Below, piece by piece: positions 62,383 through 64,000 of a DNA stretch of 64,000 bases. Source of the DNA: Octopus sinensis. Lineage: Eukaryota. The stretch spans positions 7,998,001 through 8,062,000 of the forward strand of contig NC_043001.1 in the NCBI RefSeq assembly GCF_006345805.1, read 5' to 3'. The notes beneath the pieces are model-generated. The model saw only the letters and a list, made by a program, of their open reading frames with translations. It had not been told where the DNA came from and did no database searches. Numbering within the stretch: position 1 is the stretch's first letter; every line of letters begins with the position of its first letter. The position numbers were made by a program, and so were the translations under genes.

Positions 62383-64000
62383 ACATTCGTCGTGTACCTT
62401 TCTGCAAGAATTAAGTATTATGGCGTTTGAATAGCATAATTTACGTTTAAAACAATCTTCACGATTAACCTACTGTTATCACTATCCCTTTAGGGGAAAT
62501 CTTTCCTAATCTCCTATAAATTTAATACTAATGTCTCGAAAATAAACTGTGAAATAGATTAAGTTATATAATGAAATGAGCACCTTTGGCAAATTTTGTC
62601 ATCACTCAACTGTTTGTGTATTCAATGGCGACTGAAAAATGTTCCATAAATTTGCAAATAATTGCAACGCGGCTGCTTTATTCTGCCAACGCATTTACTA
62701 TCATCACATAAACTATATTGAGTGCATCTGGAATGAATGGGAAATGATAATAAATATAACAATATTTATAGATTGATATATTATAATGAGAGTATAGTAT
62801 ATCTGTGGAGAAACATTCGATAGTTAATTATTAGCATTACGTGAACTCTACTCTATCTAAAATATTCGGATGCGGAATCCGTCCTCGGAATATGTCCTCG
62901 GGTCAGAGCCTAGGCTTTAAACATCTCACCAATTCGTTCGCAGATAATACATATATGTATGTCATAATTCAGGACAAAACATTATTCTGTACATTTACCC
63001 TTTAATAATATATTTGATTACCAAATACAATGCCAAATGAAAATCTGGTACTATATTCTTAAATTTCCTTAGGCATCTCAATGTAAAGTGCAACATATTA
63101 AATAAAATTCCTTCAAAAATTGTTCTGTCCTCTTTTACAGATAATATTACAGGATCAGAAACAATTTTTTTTTTTATTTATGGGAAATATTAACAGGCAG
63201 TTTGATAACCTGAACAAAGATTCATACGGAAAAATATATTTTAGGAAATATAGAGAAGCGGAAAAAGATGTATGCCTTTGCAATTTTTTATTATTTACTT
63301 CTTCTTAAAGAAATTCGCATTAATGTCATTTGAAATGTCTATGCAACTACATTATCAATGTCAATTTCTAATTCAAAATTACGTGGTTTCGGATTGTATT
63401 ATTTTCCTTCTCATCCAGCAATAATGGATAAAATATTTAGCTGATTCCTATATTTAAACTTTCCCTAAGAGTTCATCATCGATTTAGCAAGAAACACAAA
63501 ACTGAAAATATTATCCGATTTCGTTTGCTAATATGACACATTCTCAAGCACCGTCAGAAGCATTTGGCAGGATTTTTATATGTGATATTTTTTTCGTCTC
63601 TAAATTATTGGTTTCTGAAAATCTAAATTTCTGATTGTAATGCAAACCACTTAAATACGTCTGGTGCTCAATCAATTAGTGATGAACAAGTCCTAACTAA
63701 TAAATATCATGAATATAATCGTTCCACCATTATTCGAATATGAATTATTCCAGGTTTATACTCTTCGAACTGAAACGCGAAACCAGCCGCTTTACTCATA
63801 TCCCGAATATGTATTGTTGAAACATACTTCGATATCGTCTGCACATAATAACTGTGACAAGCGATCGATAACAAATATTTGCATATATCGTACATATTTC
63901 TTTCCTGTCTGGAAATAAATAACTGAAGGATTTATGGCTTACCAAGATAGAGATATTCATATAATTTATGAGAAAATATTCAACGCTCCAATTGAAAAAA

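Overview
This is an AT-rich, repeat-dominated eukaryotic genomic window, probably intronic or intergenic. The SINE/LINE complement and dense (TA)n/(TG)n/(GATA)n/(TAA)n microsatellites suggest an octopus (coleoid cephalopod) genome; this is inferred from recalled repeat families, not from a search. No host protein-coding gene can be called with confidence, and most listed ORFs are microsatellite or SINE artefacts. Recognisable elements: (1) a young, 5'-truncated Dong/R4-clade non-LTR retrotransposon (RT YMDD, CCHC knuckle, PD-(D/E)xK endonuclease) at 38.65-40.72 kb, plus a short copy and an older inverted copy near 9.5-10.8 kb; (2) Penelope-like element (PLE) remnants, including a GIY-YIG ORF fragment and several minimal hammerhead-ribozyme motifs, one with an intact core at 36155-36189; (3) two decayed mariner transposons, a Tc1-type MITE, Helitron-type non-autonomous elements, CR1- and RTE-type 3' ends, and many tRNA-derived SINEs; (4) several long fold-back hairpins, including a perfect 248-bp palindrome; (5) a 100-N assembly gap. 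The main hunt result is a composite element made of a tRNA-like head, a (TAA)n tract and a PLE-type hammerhead. Its internal TAA tract acts as a landing pad for Dong/R4, within an apparent partitioning of microsatellite classes among different retroelements.
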